Counted from the stretch's first letter, positions 50,311-60,337 are shown. The stretch is DNA of 64,000 bases from Nitrosopumilus sp. (GCA_965206745.1 OZ242220.1:1376001-1440000), one strand, 5' to 3'. Translations and numbers: made by a program. The notes: a model not told the origin generated them from the sequence alone.

Positions 50311-50958
50311 TTTTACATCCTACCTTAAATTAAAAGCACATAGATTTGAAACCGTAAAATGCAATGCCGAGCGTGAGACATGCGAAAATAAAATCATTTT
50401 TTTACTTGTTTAATATCTTATTAATAGTTTTAGCATCATTAATTGATCTGGCCACATTGAAAACAAAGATAGACGATTCACTGTTAATTCTTGAAATTTA
50501 ATTCCCACATATACAGGCCTGCACATTCAAATCCCTTTTTGCCATGCATGATTTGATATAGATCATCGCCTCACTGTTTGTTAGCAAGGGGTTTGACATC
50601 TTTGATTGCCTCAAGTCATTTTCATCCATTAGTTTTGCCAGGCCTAAATCCGTGGCTGCGACTCTAAAATTCGCTATTGCAATTATACTTTTGTCCACAC
50701 AGGTATCAAGTGATTCTATGTTTTTTGGTTTAATTTTGTCAAATCAATTGTACGAAAATTAATTCACCTTAATTTTAAAGTCTCCAAGGAAATATTTAAG
50801 ATTCTACTGATCAAAAAAACCGATGATAAGCAGATGGACACGGCGACAAATAAGATATGCAGTGAGTGTACATGCCCAACAATAGCACATTCATAAAATA
50901 AAGATAAAATTTTTTACATCCTGTTCTAAAGATGACAATGAAAATAGTTGGAAATTTT

Positions 50959-51192
50959 TCATTTGGAAGACCTGGATTTTTTAAGTGCAGAATATATCAT
51001 AACCGAGACTATGGATATGAAGGAAGATCCTAAAATAAAATATGATAGATAAGTGGGATGAGTCAATACATACGTTAATCCAAAATAATACAGATCAATG
51101 GCCACACCCCATCCAAAAATTACGGTGTACCAACTAGCTATGATTAAACCGATAAACCCCAGTATTAATTTAAAAGAAAAAAAAGAAAGCAA
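50959..51192 (-). CDS. Small hypothetical membrane protein
   Basis: 77 aa with two hydrophobic segments and a basic tail, in an AT-rich region. Confidence 0.45.
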   Translation of the reverse strand: MLSFFSFKLILGFIGLIIASWYTVIFGWGVAIDLYYFGLTYVLTHPTYLSYFILGSSFISIVSVMIYSALKKSRSSK

Positions 51193-51377
51193 GAGTTTAC
51201 CATCTGTTACTATGTGTATTTGGAATGAATGCAGAGTTGGGATCTAAAGCAGAACAACCAAAGCAACGAGAAGTATTACGTATTTTGGTTTTTTCAGATT
51301 ATGAAAACCTGAAAAAATCGATTTTATGTTATCTTTCGTCATTGATAATACCACACAGTGAAGATTAAAAGGCGTTA

Positions 51378-51405
51378 TGTACAATTTACAGTTGTAACTT
51401 GTACA
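51378..51405. promoter_or_regulatory. 28-bp imperfect palindrome upstream of a TATA box
   Basis: TGTACAATTTACAG/TTGTAACTTGTACA, 12 of 14 positions symmetric. TTTTAAA at 51412-51418. Confidence 0.5.
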
Positions 51406-51614
51406 CAATAGTTTTAAACAAGTGCACGAGGTTTTATAATGTCAAATCACATTGACTGAAGATTCTAGAACATTTGCAGACATGCTAATCAGTCACATAT
51501 TATCTCAAAAAAAGCATTGGCACTGCCTAAAAACTGGCTTTTTCTACACAGCAAAATCACATGTCAAATATGGATGAGTCTCGTAACCAAGATTCCAGTT
51601 TAGTTTTTTCCATC

Positions 51615-52310
51615 TCAAGTCTCCTTCACACACATCTTGTCATTCTCATAAACCGCATAATGCCTTCTGCCGGTGTCAAGGCAGATGTGTAAATCGTTTT
51701 TTCTCACATGATGTGATCTTGTGTGGCCAAAGATCTGTTTTTGCCCTGGAATGTCGACAAACTCATCATAGTCACACCAGAGAATACCGCCATGCTTGTA
51801 TCTTCCTCCTCGGGATACGCCACATTGCAAGAATCTGTGATAAAAGCCCGCATCATTGATCTTCAAGATGTCTTCATGAGATTCCAGCATGAAATCGTAC
51901 AGATTTGTAGTGGAGAACTGCTCATAGAACTGTCTGCTCACACCTGCATGGGTGCAAAGCCAGTCATGCACGTAACAGTACAGTTTCAGATCCTCCCAAG
52001 GTATGCGATACATGTTGATGATGTATTTTTTGTACTCTGTAAAACCGCTTGACTTCAAATGTGGCAGACTAGTCATATAGCTTAGGTCATGATTTCCAAC
52101 CAGATGCACCCTGTCTTTTTTCTTCAAGGAATCTTTGAGCCACTGTGCAGTTTGAGCCGTTGATTCATCAGTTTCAGTAAACGAGTCAAAGTAATCTCCA
52201 AGGAACACTGTCTTGTCGGGTTTTTCTTTATCTATGACTATTTCTGCATCAACAAAGTTTGTATGGATGTCCGGTATTATTACAACTTTTTCTGGAATGC
52301 CGCTAGTCAT
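51615..52310 (-). CDS. Calcineurin-like metallophosphoesterase
   Basis: DIH, GDYFD, GNHD, THAG and GHT motifs. Confidence 0.9.
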   Translation of the reverse strand: MTSGIPEKVVIIPDIHTNFVDAEIVIDKEKPDKTVFLGDYFDSFTETDESTAQTAQWLKDSLKKKDRVHLVGNHDLSYMTSLPHLKSSGFTEYKKYIINMYRIPWEDLKLYCYVHDWLCTHAGVSRQFYEQFSTTNLYDFMLESHEDILKINDAGFYHRFLQCGVSRGGRYKHGGILWCDYDEFVDIPGQKQIFGHTRSHHVRKNDLHICLDTGRRHYAVYENDKMCVKET

Positions 52311-52479
52311 CTTAAATTAAATTCTCCTACTTTTAATAATACGGGTTTCTGCTTTAAATCCATTATCAGAATGAGTTATTACTGATTCGGTCCCTGCAAA
52401 TTCTCGTGTTGGCCGTATGTACCTAATTTCTCCAAATGCCACCATGACTGATTGCCATGATAATTTGGCATGCCAGATT

Positions 52480-52788
52480 TTACACCTCTACAAAGACATT
52501 CTCAGACTCTACAACCACATTATATGATGTCAGATCCCTGATCGTTGCCGGAAACTTGATCAGTTTACCGGTTTTACAATCAAATTCTGCCCCATGCCAT
52601 CCGCAAGTAATGGTGCAACCGTCTAGTTTTCCTTCAGACAAACTAGAGCCTGAATGAGTGCACGAGTCGTCAGTTGCATGGTATTCTCCGTCAATATTTG
52701 CAACTAGAATGTCCCTACCATCAATGGACACTTTGATCATCTTTCCAGGCGGAATCTCGGATGTTTTGCCAGCTATGATTTTTCCCAT
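52480..52788 (-). CDS. Rieske (2Fe-2S) ferredoxin
   Basis: CTH and CGWH ligands. Start reset to ATG 52788. Confidence 0.92.
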   Translation of the reverse strand: MGKIIAGKTSEIPPGKMIKVSIDGRDILVANIDGEYHATDDSCTHSGSSLSEGKLDGCTITCGWHGAEFDCKTGKLIKFPATIRDLTSYNVVVESENVFVEV

Positions 52789-52827
52789 CGAAGTTTTTAT
52801 CAGAGCATTCTTAATAATTTTTTGTAT

Positions 52828-53613
52828 ATGGTCAAGTTGAAAATCAGAAAAGCTACAAATTCGGACAAGATTGCTGTTTTGAAATTCTGTCAAAATACTT
52901 TTTCATGGGGCGATTATGTAAAGCATGTCTGGGATTTTTGGCTATCTGAAGGGCATCTGTTTTTAGCTCAAATGCCCAATCCCGTTGGAATCTGTCATGC
53001 ATTCTACTCAGGGAACCAGGTATGGGTTGAGGGAATCAGAATTAAGCCTGACTTTCGCCACCAGGGCATTGCATCTGAACTGGTAAGGCATGCCGAACTT
53101 GCAAGTCGGGGCAAGAACATATCATTTTCGTACATGTTAATTGATATAGAAAATTCCGCCTCAATTTCAATGGCAAAATCCCTAAATTATGAAATTTTTC
53201 AAACGTGGAATTACTATTCTGTTGAGCCAAAAAATAACAAAAATTATGACGTCACTTTTAAGAGATCAGGTAATCTTCAGTCGTGCACCCATTACGTAAA
53301 ATCTTGGAGGTGGATTCCCATCGACGATGAAACATTGGAATCACTTTATGCCCAAAATAGAATTGTAAATTCCTCAATCAACAAAGACTCTATTGCCATC
53401 ATGACAGAGTCTGAGCATTTTGACAGAACACTGATGGTCACACTATTCCCCGGTTCTGATGAATCTGCACACCATCTTCTCTCTTTCTTGCAGAATTTTG
53501 GCTCAGAGAAGGACTACAAGCAGATACAGATTTTGACCAGAGAAAAGTTGCCAGAATTTGACACGCTAGAATCCAAAATATCATTTTATCTGATGAAAAA
53601 GTCATTATCCTAG
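52828..53613 (+). CDS. GNAT-family N-acetyltransferase
   Basis: FRHQGIAS acetyl-CoA motif A. Confidence 0.85.
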   Translation: MVKLKIRKATNSDKIAVLKFCQNTFSWGDYVKHVWDFWLSEGHLFLAQMPNPVGICHAFYSGNQVWVEGIRIKPDFRHQGIASELVRHAELASRGKNISFSYMLIDIENSASISMAKSLNYEIFQTWNYYSVEPKNNKNYDVTFKRSGNLQSCTHYVKSWRWIPIDDETLESLYAQNRIVNSSINKDSIAIMTESEHFDRTLMVTLFPGSDESAHHLLSFLQNFGSEKDYKQIQILTREKLPEFDTLESKISFYLMKKSLS

Positions 53614-54479
53614 TCGGATTTGACAATCTTTATCGTGTTGCTTAAAATTCCCAAATCCTCTATCTCCATCTCCACCCTGTCCCCGTCTTTTAGAAATACA
53701 GCATTTGGTTTGTTTAGCATTACTCCTGCCGGCGTGCCTGTAGAAATAACGTCTCCCTTCTCAAGGGTCATCACTTTGGAGATCTTTGAAACAATCTCGG
53801 GAATTTTGATAAGCATCTTACTTGATGAGGAGTTTTGTCTTAGCTCCCCGTTGATCTTGGTAGTCATCTTGAGGTTTTGAGGATCTCGGATTTCATCTCT
53901 TGTCGTAATCCACGGTCCGCACGGCGCAAATGAATCAAAGCCCTTTCCCCTTGTGAACTGCTTGTCTTTGAATTGGATGTCCCTTGCAGAAACATCGTTG
54001 AATACCATATATCCAAATATTGCATCAAATGCGTCATCTAGGCCAACATTTTTGCAGTTTTTGCCAATAATCAGGGCCAGCTCCACTTCATAATCTAACT
54101 GTGTGACAAAGTCAGGACATACAATCTCAGAATTTGTGCCGTTTAATGCGGTTCTTGGCTTCATTACCAGGGCAGGATCCTCTGGTGACTGCAATCCCTG
54201 TTCCATGGCATGGTCCACATAGTTGTACGCCAGACAGATTATCTTGTTGGGATTGGGAATCGGTGCCAGCATCTTGTACTTTGAGAGGTCCTCTGCATAC
54301 GGCAGATCCCCAATTTTACTTTTGATTTCGTCATACCATCCATCGAAAAGAAAATCCTTGATGTTCTGAGGGATGGGCACGCCTGTCAAATAGGTGATCT
54401 CGTCCCTGGTGGATACTTTATCCCCGTTGACAAAGCCGTATGTTTGGCCATCATCATGTAACAATCGTGCTATCTTCAT
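53610..54479 (-). CDS. Fumarylacetoacetate hydrolase family protein
   Basis: NYVDHA, DYEVEL, NDVSARD and GTPAGV motifs. Confidence 0.92.
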   Translation of the reverse strand: MKIARLLHDDGQTYGFVNGDKVSTRDEITYLTGVPIPQNIKDFLFDGWYDEIKSKIGDLPYAEDLSKYKMLAPIPNPNKIICLAYNYVDHAMEQGLQSPEDPALVMKPRTALNGTNSEIVCPDFVTQLDYEVELALIIGKNCKNVGLDDAFDAIFGYMVFNDVSARDIQFKDKQFTRGKGFDSFAPCGPWITTRDEIRDPQNLKMTTKINGELRQNSSSSKMLIKIPEIVSKISKVMTLEKGDVISTGTPAGVMLNKPNAVFLKDGDRVEMEIEDLGILSNTIKIVKSD

Positions 54480-54485
54480 ATCAAA

Positions 54486-56195
54486 TCACTTGTGGGTAAA
54501 AATTGCCTGATTCTGTGAATCCTTTCTACAATATCCAAATCTAACAAATTGAATCTCTTCTCCTTCTTTTAATTGTAGGTAATGCGGTTCCGTATAAACG
54601 TCCAACTCCTCCAAACTGTCTTCGTTGAACTCATCGCCGTTAAATAACATCTTTGGGATGATCATCTTTATCTTGTGTGCAGTCTTTTGCGGGACCCACT
54701 GGATCTTTGTCACATCTTTTATGTCTCCGTCTTCAACGAATTCTCCTTCCAGCTGCGTCGCCTGCTTTGTGATGCGAATGTTTCCCAGACCCAGCAGACG
54801 GATTTGTGATCCCTCCTGAATTTCTTGTGCATCCTCGCCTGAAATGTAAAAGTTTCCATCAAGCTGAATTGTTCTCTTTCCCATATCATTTACCGGATGA
54901 TTTGGGATCTCAACAGATGATGTGGGCAGATTCCCCACTGAAAGCATTCTTGCATTAGCCACCATAAACAACCTAATGCTGTCTGAATCTACAAATTTTC
55001 TGTTAAAGGCCTCTAGCGCATCAAATGGGGCCAGGGTGTTTGCCTTGGTCAATCCCAGTGACATGATGAACTTTCTGATTGCCTCTGGCTTGATTCCTCT
55101 CCTTCTCAAGGCCTCCAATGTTGGTAGCCTTGGATCGTCATACCATGAAACTTTGCCCTCCTCAATCAACGGCTTGATGATTCTCTTTGATATTGGCATT
55201 CCCTTGAACTCTAATCTGGAGAAGAAGCCTTGGGCCGGCTTTCTCATGTTTAGCACATCCAAGATTGCATCAATTAGCTCTTTTCGTAGTTCAAACTCTT
55301 TTGAACGGAAGGCATGTGTGACCCCGTCGATGCTGTCTTCTATGGCAACTGCCATATCATAGCTTGGCCAGACCCTGTATTTTTCCCCCAAGGTGTAGTG
55401 CTTTCCTTCAATGATTCTAAACAAAACAGGATCCCGCATTACTGCGTTATCTGCCTGCATGTCCCCACGGAATCTAACGACTGCATCCCCTGGTTTGAAT
55501 TTGGCACTCATCTTTTCCCAGTTTTTGCTGTTCGTTTCTGCATCTTTTCTGCTGCACTTGCATGCCTTTCTCTCCCTTCTGTTTTTACTGATATCCTCTC
55601 GCTTGCAGGTACAGACGTATGCTTTTCCTGCATCGATTAACTCCATTCCCTTCTCATAAAACAACTCCATGTCATCAGACGTACTCTTTACCGTGTCAAA
55701 CTCGATTCCCAGCCATTCTAGTCCCACTTTGATGGCTGCATGGTATTCCATTCTTTCAGCCTCAGGATTCGTATCATCCATCCTCAGGATGAATTTCCCC
55801 CCGTACATTTTGGCATATTCTGAATTGATTATGGCAGCCTTTGCATGTCCAATGTGCGGATAGCCGTTGGGTTCTGGGGGGAACCGCGTGATGACTTTGC
55901 CCTGCTCGGCACCCTTTAGTTCTGGGAGGCCCTCTCTCCCCTCAATCTTTTTTTTGGGCGCTAAAATTTCTGGAAAATTTTCCTTGATTTGAGTTTCCTG
56001 ATCTTCAGGTGATAACTGGTTGACTGCAGACACGATTTCAGAGATGTCCCCTGAAATTTCCTTTACTTTGCTTCTCAACTCTGGTCTTGTTCCGAGAATC
56101 TTGCCCAAAATTATCTTGTCCCTGGTTTCTCCCCCGTGCTCAAAGGCATTCTGCAAGGCCATCTTTCTAATTTCTTTTTTTAGTTTGTCATCCAT
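54486..56195 (-). CDS. gltX: Glutamate--tRNA ligase (archaeal)
   Basis: RFPPEPNGYPHIGH, ISKR and QFVRFGY motifs. Start reset to ATG 56195. Confidence 0.96.
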   Translation of the reverse strand: MDDKLKKEIRKMALQNAFEHGGETRDKIILGKILGTRPELRSKVKEISGDISEIVSAVNQLSPEDQETQIKENFPEILAPKKKIEGREGLPELKGAEQGKVITRFPPEPNGYPHIGHAKAAIINSEYAKMYGGKFILRMDDTNPEAERMEYHAAIKVGLEWLGIEFDTVKSTSDDMELFYEKGMELIDAGKAYVCTCKREDISKNRRERKACKCSRKDAETNSKNWEKMSAKFKPGDAVVRFRGDMQADNAVMRDPVLFRIIEGKHYTLGEKYRVWPSYDMAVAIEDSIDGVTHAFRSKEFELRKELIDAILDVLNMRKPAQGFFSRLEFKGMPISKRIIKPLIEEGKVSWYDDPRLPTLEALRRRGIKPEAIRKFIMSLGLTKANTLAPFDALEAFNRKFVDSDSIRLFMVANARMLSVGNLPTSSVEIPNHPVNDMGKRTIQLDGNFYISGEDAQEIQEGSQIRLLGLGNIRITKQATQLEGEFVEDGDIKDVTKIQWVPQKTAHKIKMIIPKMLFNGDEFNEDSLEELDVYTEPHYLQLKEGEEIQFVRFGYCRKDSQNQAIFTHK

Positions 56196-56214
56196 GATAG
56201 TTTGCCCCGTACAC

Positions 56215-57195
56215 CTACACACTTCGCTTTACCACAAAATCCAACAGTGAAATTAACTCTCCTTTTGCAGGACCAGAGTAGCCCCCTAATGCTTTCTCCG
56301 CCTTTTCGGCATATTTTAGGGCCTGCCCCCTTACACTCTCACCTATTCCCAAAGATCGTATGACATCGACTGCCCTGCTGAGATCCTTTCTGGATATCTT
56401 TGAATTTCCAAATGCCTTTAGGATTATCTTCTTATCATTGCCCTTTGCCGATTTTATTGCCATGAGAATGGGAAGTGATTTTTTTCCCTCCCTTAGATCA
56501 TTTCCCACGGGTTTTTTTGTTATCTTGGGATTGCCCATCACCCCGATAAGATCGTCAGTTATCTGGAATGCGATTCCCAGATTTCTTCCAAATGACGAAA
56601 GGTTTGAGATGTCCCTTGCCTTCTTTGTTGCACAAATTGCCCCCATTGCACAGGACACATCAAACAAGGCTGCGGTCTTTTTGCCTATCATGGTAATGTA
56701 TTCTGCCTGGGATGGAATCCTTTTCTCATCGGCCATCCTCACATCTAGCAGTTGGCCTTCACATACGTCCACGCAGGCCTTGGCAAGCCTGGATACCAGC
56801 TGGATGGTGGCACCGGGGGGTAGTTTTGAATCAGTAATAATCTGGAACGCCTTTGAAAACAGCACGTCCCCTGCAAGTATTGCAATTGGCATGCCGAACT
56901 TTTTATGCACAGTCTGAACCCCATGACGCACTTCATCATTGTCCATAATATCATCATGGACCAGTGTGAAATTATGGACCATCTCTACTGCGCTTGCAGC
57001 AGGCATTGCATCAGATGCCTTGCCTTTTAAAATTTGGCAGCTTCTGATAACCATGTACGGTCTAAGCCTTTTTCCACCATTTACAATCAGATGCCCTGCA
57101 GCATCATAGAGTTTCTTGGGATTTCCCTTTAGCTTTGAATTCAGATGCCTGTTTACTATTTTGGCATTTTTCTCCATGGATTTGGTTTTATTCAT
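56215..57195 (-). CDS. idsA: Geranylgeranyl diphosphate synthase (polyprenyl synthetase)
   Basis: GGKRLRP, FTLVHDDIMD and FQITDD motifs. Confidence 0.93.
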   Translation of the reverse strand: MNKTKSMEKNAKIVNRHLNSKLKGNPKKLYDAAGHLIVNGGKRLRPYMVIRSCQILKGKASDAMPAASAVEMVHNFTLVHDDIMDNDEVRHGVQTVHKKFGMPIAILAGDVLFSKAFQIITDSKLPPGATIQLVSRLAKACVDVCEGQLLDVRMADEKRIPSQAEYITMIGKKTAALFDVSCAMGAICATKKARDISNLSSFGRNLGIAFQITDDLIGVMGNPKITKKPVGNDLREGKKSLPILMAIKSAKGNDKKIILKAFGNSKISRKDLSRAVDVIRSLGIGESVRGQALKYAEKAEKALGGYSGPAKGELISLLDFVVKRSV

Positions 57196-57832
57196 TTACT
57201 AACCTCCATTTTTCATTTGGCAAGTGGACCTTGATTGCCTTTTGTAGCTCATCATGAACTTCACTGGCAGTCCATGCAGATAAGACGCTTGCGTGCTTTT
57301 CAAGCATGGACTTGTTTGACTTTTCCAACAACTCCAGTGCGATGAGCATCCATGGGCAATAAATTTGCGGGTTTTTCTTTAGTTCAGCAACCAGTTCCTT
57401 GGCTGAGATCCATTTGATCTCGTCAATCTCACCTTCAATCTCCTTTAGTTCAGTAGATTTGTCAATTACGCCCAGCAGGGTTGCGCATATCTCGTTTTCA
57501 GAGCCCACGTCCCTGTAAGGAACATGGTACTCGAATTTGTGCAGATAGTCCAGCGTACCGCAGATTCCCAGTTCCTCAGGCATTCTTCTCTGGCCTGATG
57601 AAACGTACGTCTCTGACTCTCTGGGATGGCTTGCAAATGTCCCATCCCAATCACTGGGCCATAGCATTTTTTCTTTGGCTCTTCTTGCAAGAACCAGTCT
57701 TCCATCAGCATCAAACAACAGTGCAGTAAATGCCCGATGCAGCTTTCCATTTGGCAAGTGACACCTTACCTTTTCTTCACTTCCTATCGGATTGTCATTT
57801 TCATCAACTAGAATCACAAATTCTTCAGACAT
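57188..57832 (-). CDS. idi: Isopentenyl-diphosphate delta-isomerase, type 1 (Nudix fold)
   Basis: ILVDENDNPIG, LHRAF, SHP, RRMPEELG, ENEIC and PW motifs. Confidence 0.88.
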   Translation of the reverse strand: MSEEFVILVDENDNPIGSEEKVRCHLPNGKLHRAFTALLFDADGRLVLARRAKEKMLWPSDWDGTFASHPRESETYVSSGQRRMPEELGICGTLDYLHKFEYHVPYRDVGSENEICATLLGVIDKSTELKEIEGEIDEIKWISAKELVAELKKNPQIYCPWMLIALELLEKSNKSMLEKHASVLSAWTASEVHDELQKAIKVHLPNEKWRLVNE

Positions 57833-58577
57833 TTCTTTTACCTCTAAACAATGTCCCTTCAAATGCCCTATTTTTAACCGCTTTTACAATTCTGTCAGGC
57901 TTGCCGCCGTTTGCAAAGAACACGTTGATTCCCATTTTGGCTATCTTTGACGCTTCTTGAACTTTTCTTGCCATTCCCCCTGTCACATCCATCTTGTTTT
58001 CAGAGATGGATGGGCGCTGGCCATGTAATTCATAAATCAGTTTTTTTGTTTTCAAATCAGAGTACAGTCCGTCCTCGTTTAGTGCAAAAATGCAAAGCCT
58101 GGGCCTTAGGGTTTTTGCAAGATGGGTCATAATCTTGTCCCCAGATAAGATGTATGTCTTTCCCTGACCGTACCATAATGCATCCCCATATGTGACGGGA
58201 ATCAGGCCGGATTTTGCAATTTTTTCAATCTCTCTGATTTTTTTGGTGATGGGCTTGTTTCCAGACATAAAGTCAGTCGGAGGAAGTGAGTATGGATTCT
58301 GTCTATTTTTTAACAGCGAGTCCAAAATAATTTTGTTCAACTCGATCATTGAATTCTTAACAAGTACAACCCCCTTTGGATCGTATCTTTTTTCCTTTGT
58401 ATGCATGTCGTATTTTACAGACCAGTAATGGCCATAGGATCCCCCCCCATGAACAATGACTAGCGGCTCATCAATCTTTCTCAGACTTTTAGAGAGATTC
58501 TCTATTGCTTTTTTCCTGACAGACAATGGTTTCTCTTTATTTGTAATTATAGAACCGCCCAACTTTATTAGAATCAT
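57825..58577 (-). CDS. ipk: Isopentenyl phosphate kinase
   Basis: IKLGGSIIT.K, HGGGSYGH, SGD and DVTGGM..K motifs. Confidence 0.92.
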   Translation of the reverse strand: MILIKLGGSIITNKEKPLSVRKKAIENLSKSLRKIDEPLVIVHGGGSYGHYWSVKYDMHTKEKRYDPKGVVLVKNSMIELNKIILDSLLKNRQNPYSLPPTDFMSGNKPITKKIREIEKIAKSGLIPVTYGDALWYGQGKTYILSGDKIMTHLAKTLRPRLCIFALNEDGLYSDLKTKKLIYELHGQRPSISENKMDVTGGMARKVQEASKIAKMGINVFFANGGKPDRIVKAVKNRAFEGTLFRGKRNV

Positions 58578-58831
58578 GTACTTTAAAATCACCTGATCAA
58601 TTAAAAAGTAATGCAGTCTTTTTGCAAGATTTATAGCTTATTTTGGCATGTGCATGTAGGCATATCCACTGCTTTGGGAAAGCAAGGAAGGTTTTGAGGA
58701 AAAGAGATCAGGCAGAATCCAGCATGCAGAATAGATTTCACGCAATAATGAGTAATTTTGAGGCCTCTTACATGCAGTCGGCCCTCCCATTGACGAGGTT
58801 TCTAAACCGGATATAGTCAAACTAGTAAAGG

Positions 58832-58904
58832 GGCCCTCGAGGGGAATCGAACTCCTGTCCGAGGATCCACAATCCTCTATACTAACCACTGTACTACGAG
58901 GGCC
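58832..58904 (-). tRNA. tRNA-His(GUG) with encoded G-1
   Basis: G-GCCCTCG/CGAGGGC-C acceptor, GAGGA-TTGTGGA-TCCTC anticodon arm and TTCGATT T loop. Confidence 0.96.
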
Positions 58905-58998
58905 ACAAAAAAAGAAATTTGTTCATCTAGTAATAATCTTTAAGATTTGACTAGGGACTGTCCTGTAGATTTATTATTAACCAGATGAAATCATCAAT

Positions 58999-59079
58999 AT
59001 GCGACTATGGTGGGTTGGAATGGGAGCAACAATAGCAGTCATCTGGGTAGGAGTAAACTATCTTCTTCCATGGGTATAG
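58999..59079 (+). CDS. Putative 26-aa single-TM peptide
   Basis: MRLWWVGMGATIAVIWVGVNYLLPWV, with TTTATTA about 28 nt upstream and a T-tract downstream. Confidence 0.55.
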   Translation: MRLWWVGMGATIAVIWVGVNYLLPWV

Positions 59080-59165
59080 TTGGCAATCTTTTTGTCTAGT
59101 CAGCCTCAAATTCAAAATTAATTTTTGATTCACAGTAGCGATCGCTTTAAATTTGTTGTATCAGG

Positions 59166-60200
59166 GTGTTTTTCGACATGAGAAAAGGTTTCATCACAAG
59201 CAGATTACGCTCAAATAAAAAATCAGAAGACATTCCTATTGAAAATAAGATTCAGACCATCAAGGGGGAGAAATTTGTATGGATTGACCTGCAAAATCCA
59301 GACAGGGCAGATGTTGAGAGATTGGCTGAAAAATACAATTTCAACGCATTGAACATTGAGGATTGCATGACAAAGTTTGAGCTTCCAAAATTAGACAGTT
59401 ACGATGATCATTTCTTTGTAATTCTACATTTCCCGCCACTGGCACAGAAGATAGGGGTCTCAAAGAACAGTCAATTGTCAGTATTTGTAGGAAAAGACTT
59501 TCTAGTTACTGTTCATCAGGGGGACCTCAGACCGCTTGTTGAATTGGTAGACATATGCAAAACAAATGCTGATCAGCAAAGAAAGGAGAGGTTGCTGGGA
59601 AGATCTTCGGGGCTTCTATTGCACGAAATCTTGGATATCCTAGTAGATGATCTTTTACACACATCAAGGAAGATTATTGCAAACCTGGATGAGATTGAGG
59701 ACAGGGTTTTTGATGAGACAAAGCCGGTGGCAAGAAGTATTGCCCTACTCAGAAGGGAGATTAACAGGCTAAGAAGGATAGCCAACCCGCTAAAGAAATT
59801 CGTATTGGAAATAGCAAAACACGTCAAAGGGTTTTCAGGCAGCGAGGATGATGAGCTCACGCTATACTATGACGACGTCATTGATCACATTGACAAAGTC
59901 ATCGAGACCCTAGAGGAGTCAAGGGAGACTATGGAAATCTACAAGGATACTGATTTCGTGTTAAGTAATGAAAAGACAAACAAGGTTCTCGCGGTGCTGA
60001 CAATGATTTTCACGCTGGCAATTCCATCAACGGTCATTGGCACATTTTATGGGATGAATGTCGATCTACCCGGAGGCATCGGAGAGGGTTCGATGATTTT
60101 GGGGCCATTTACGACTTTTATAGTTGTGATAATCGCATCGGCAATCCCTGCAATCATGATGTTTGCATATTTCAAGAGATTGGGATGGATCAGCAGTTGA
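59166..60200 (+). CDS. corA: CorA-family Mg2+ transporter
   Basis: WIDL and YGMNV signatures, two C-terminal TM helices. Confidence 0.94.
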   Translation: MFFDMRKGFITSRLRSNKKSEDIPIENKIQTIKGEKFVWIDLQNPDRADVERLAEKYNFNALNIEDCMTKFELPKLDSYDDHFFVILHFPPLAQKIGVSKNSQLSVFVGKDFLVTVHQGDLRPLVELVDICKTNADQQRKERLLGRSSGLLLHEILDILVDDLLHTSRKIIANLDEIEDRVFDETKPVARSIALLRREINRLRRIANPLKKFVLEIAKHVKGFSGSEDDELTLYYDDVIDHIDKVIETLEESRETMEIYKDTDFVLSNEKTNKVLAVLTMIFTLAIPSTVIGTFYGMNVDLPGGIGEGSMILGPFTTFIVVIIASAIPAIMMFAYFKRLGWISS

Positions 60201-60337
60201 GATGGGAATCCTGATCGATTCTTGAGGAATGAGGCTCTGTTTTAGATCACTATTGAACAGTAACTAGTCGAGATCGCTAATATTGACCAGAGCACGATTT
60301 AGAGCTTAGATAAATACAAGATAATTATACCTAATCC

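Noticed and set aside
51378-51405. Xer/dif recombination site (28 bp, 11-6-11)
   Set aside because: The inner arm ends read TTA...TAA, the reverse of the TAA...TTA arrangement of dif sites, and no recombinase is nearby.
58638-58889. 83-aa ORF overlapping tRNA-His
   Set aside because: It runs through the tRNA gene and has no recognisable motif.
58832-58904. tRNA-anchored integrated element (also checked at tRNA-Gln and tRNA-Leu)
   Set aside because: No integrase and no duplicated tRNA 3' end were seen in the window.
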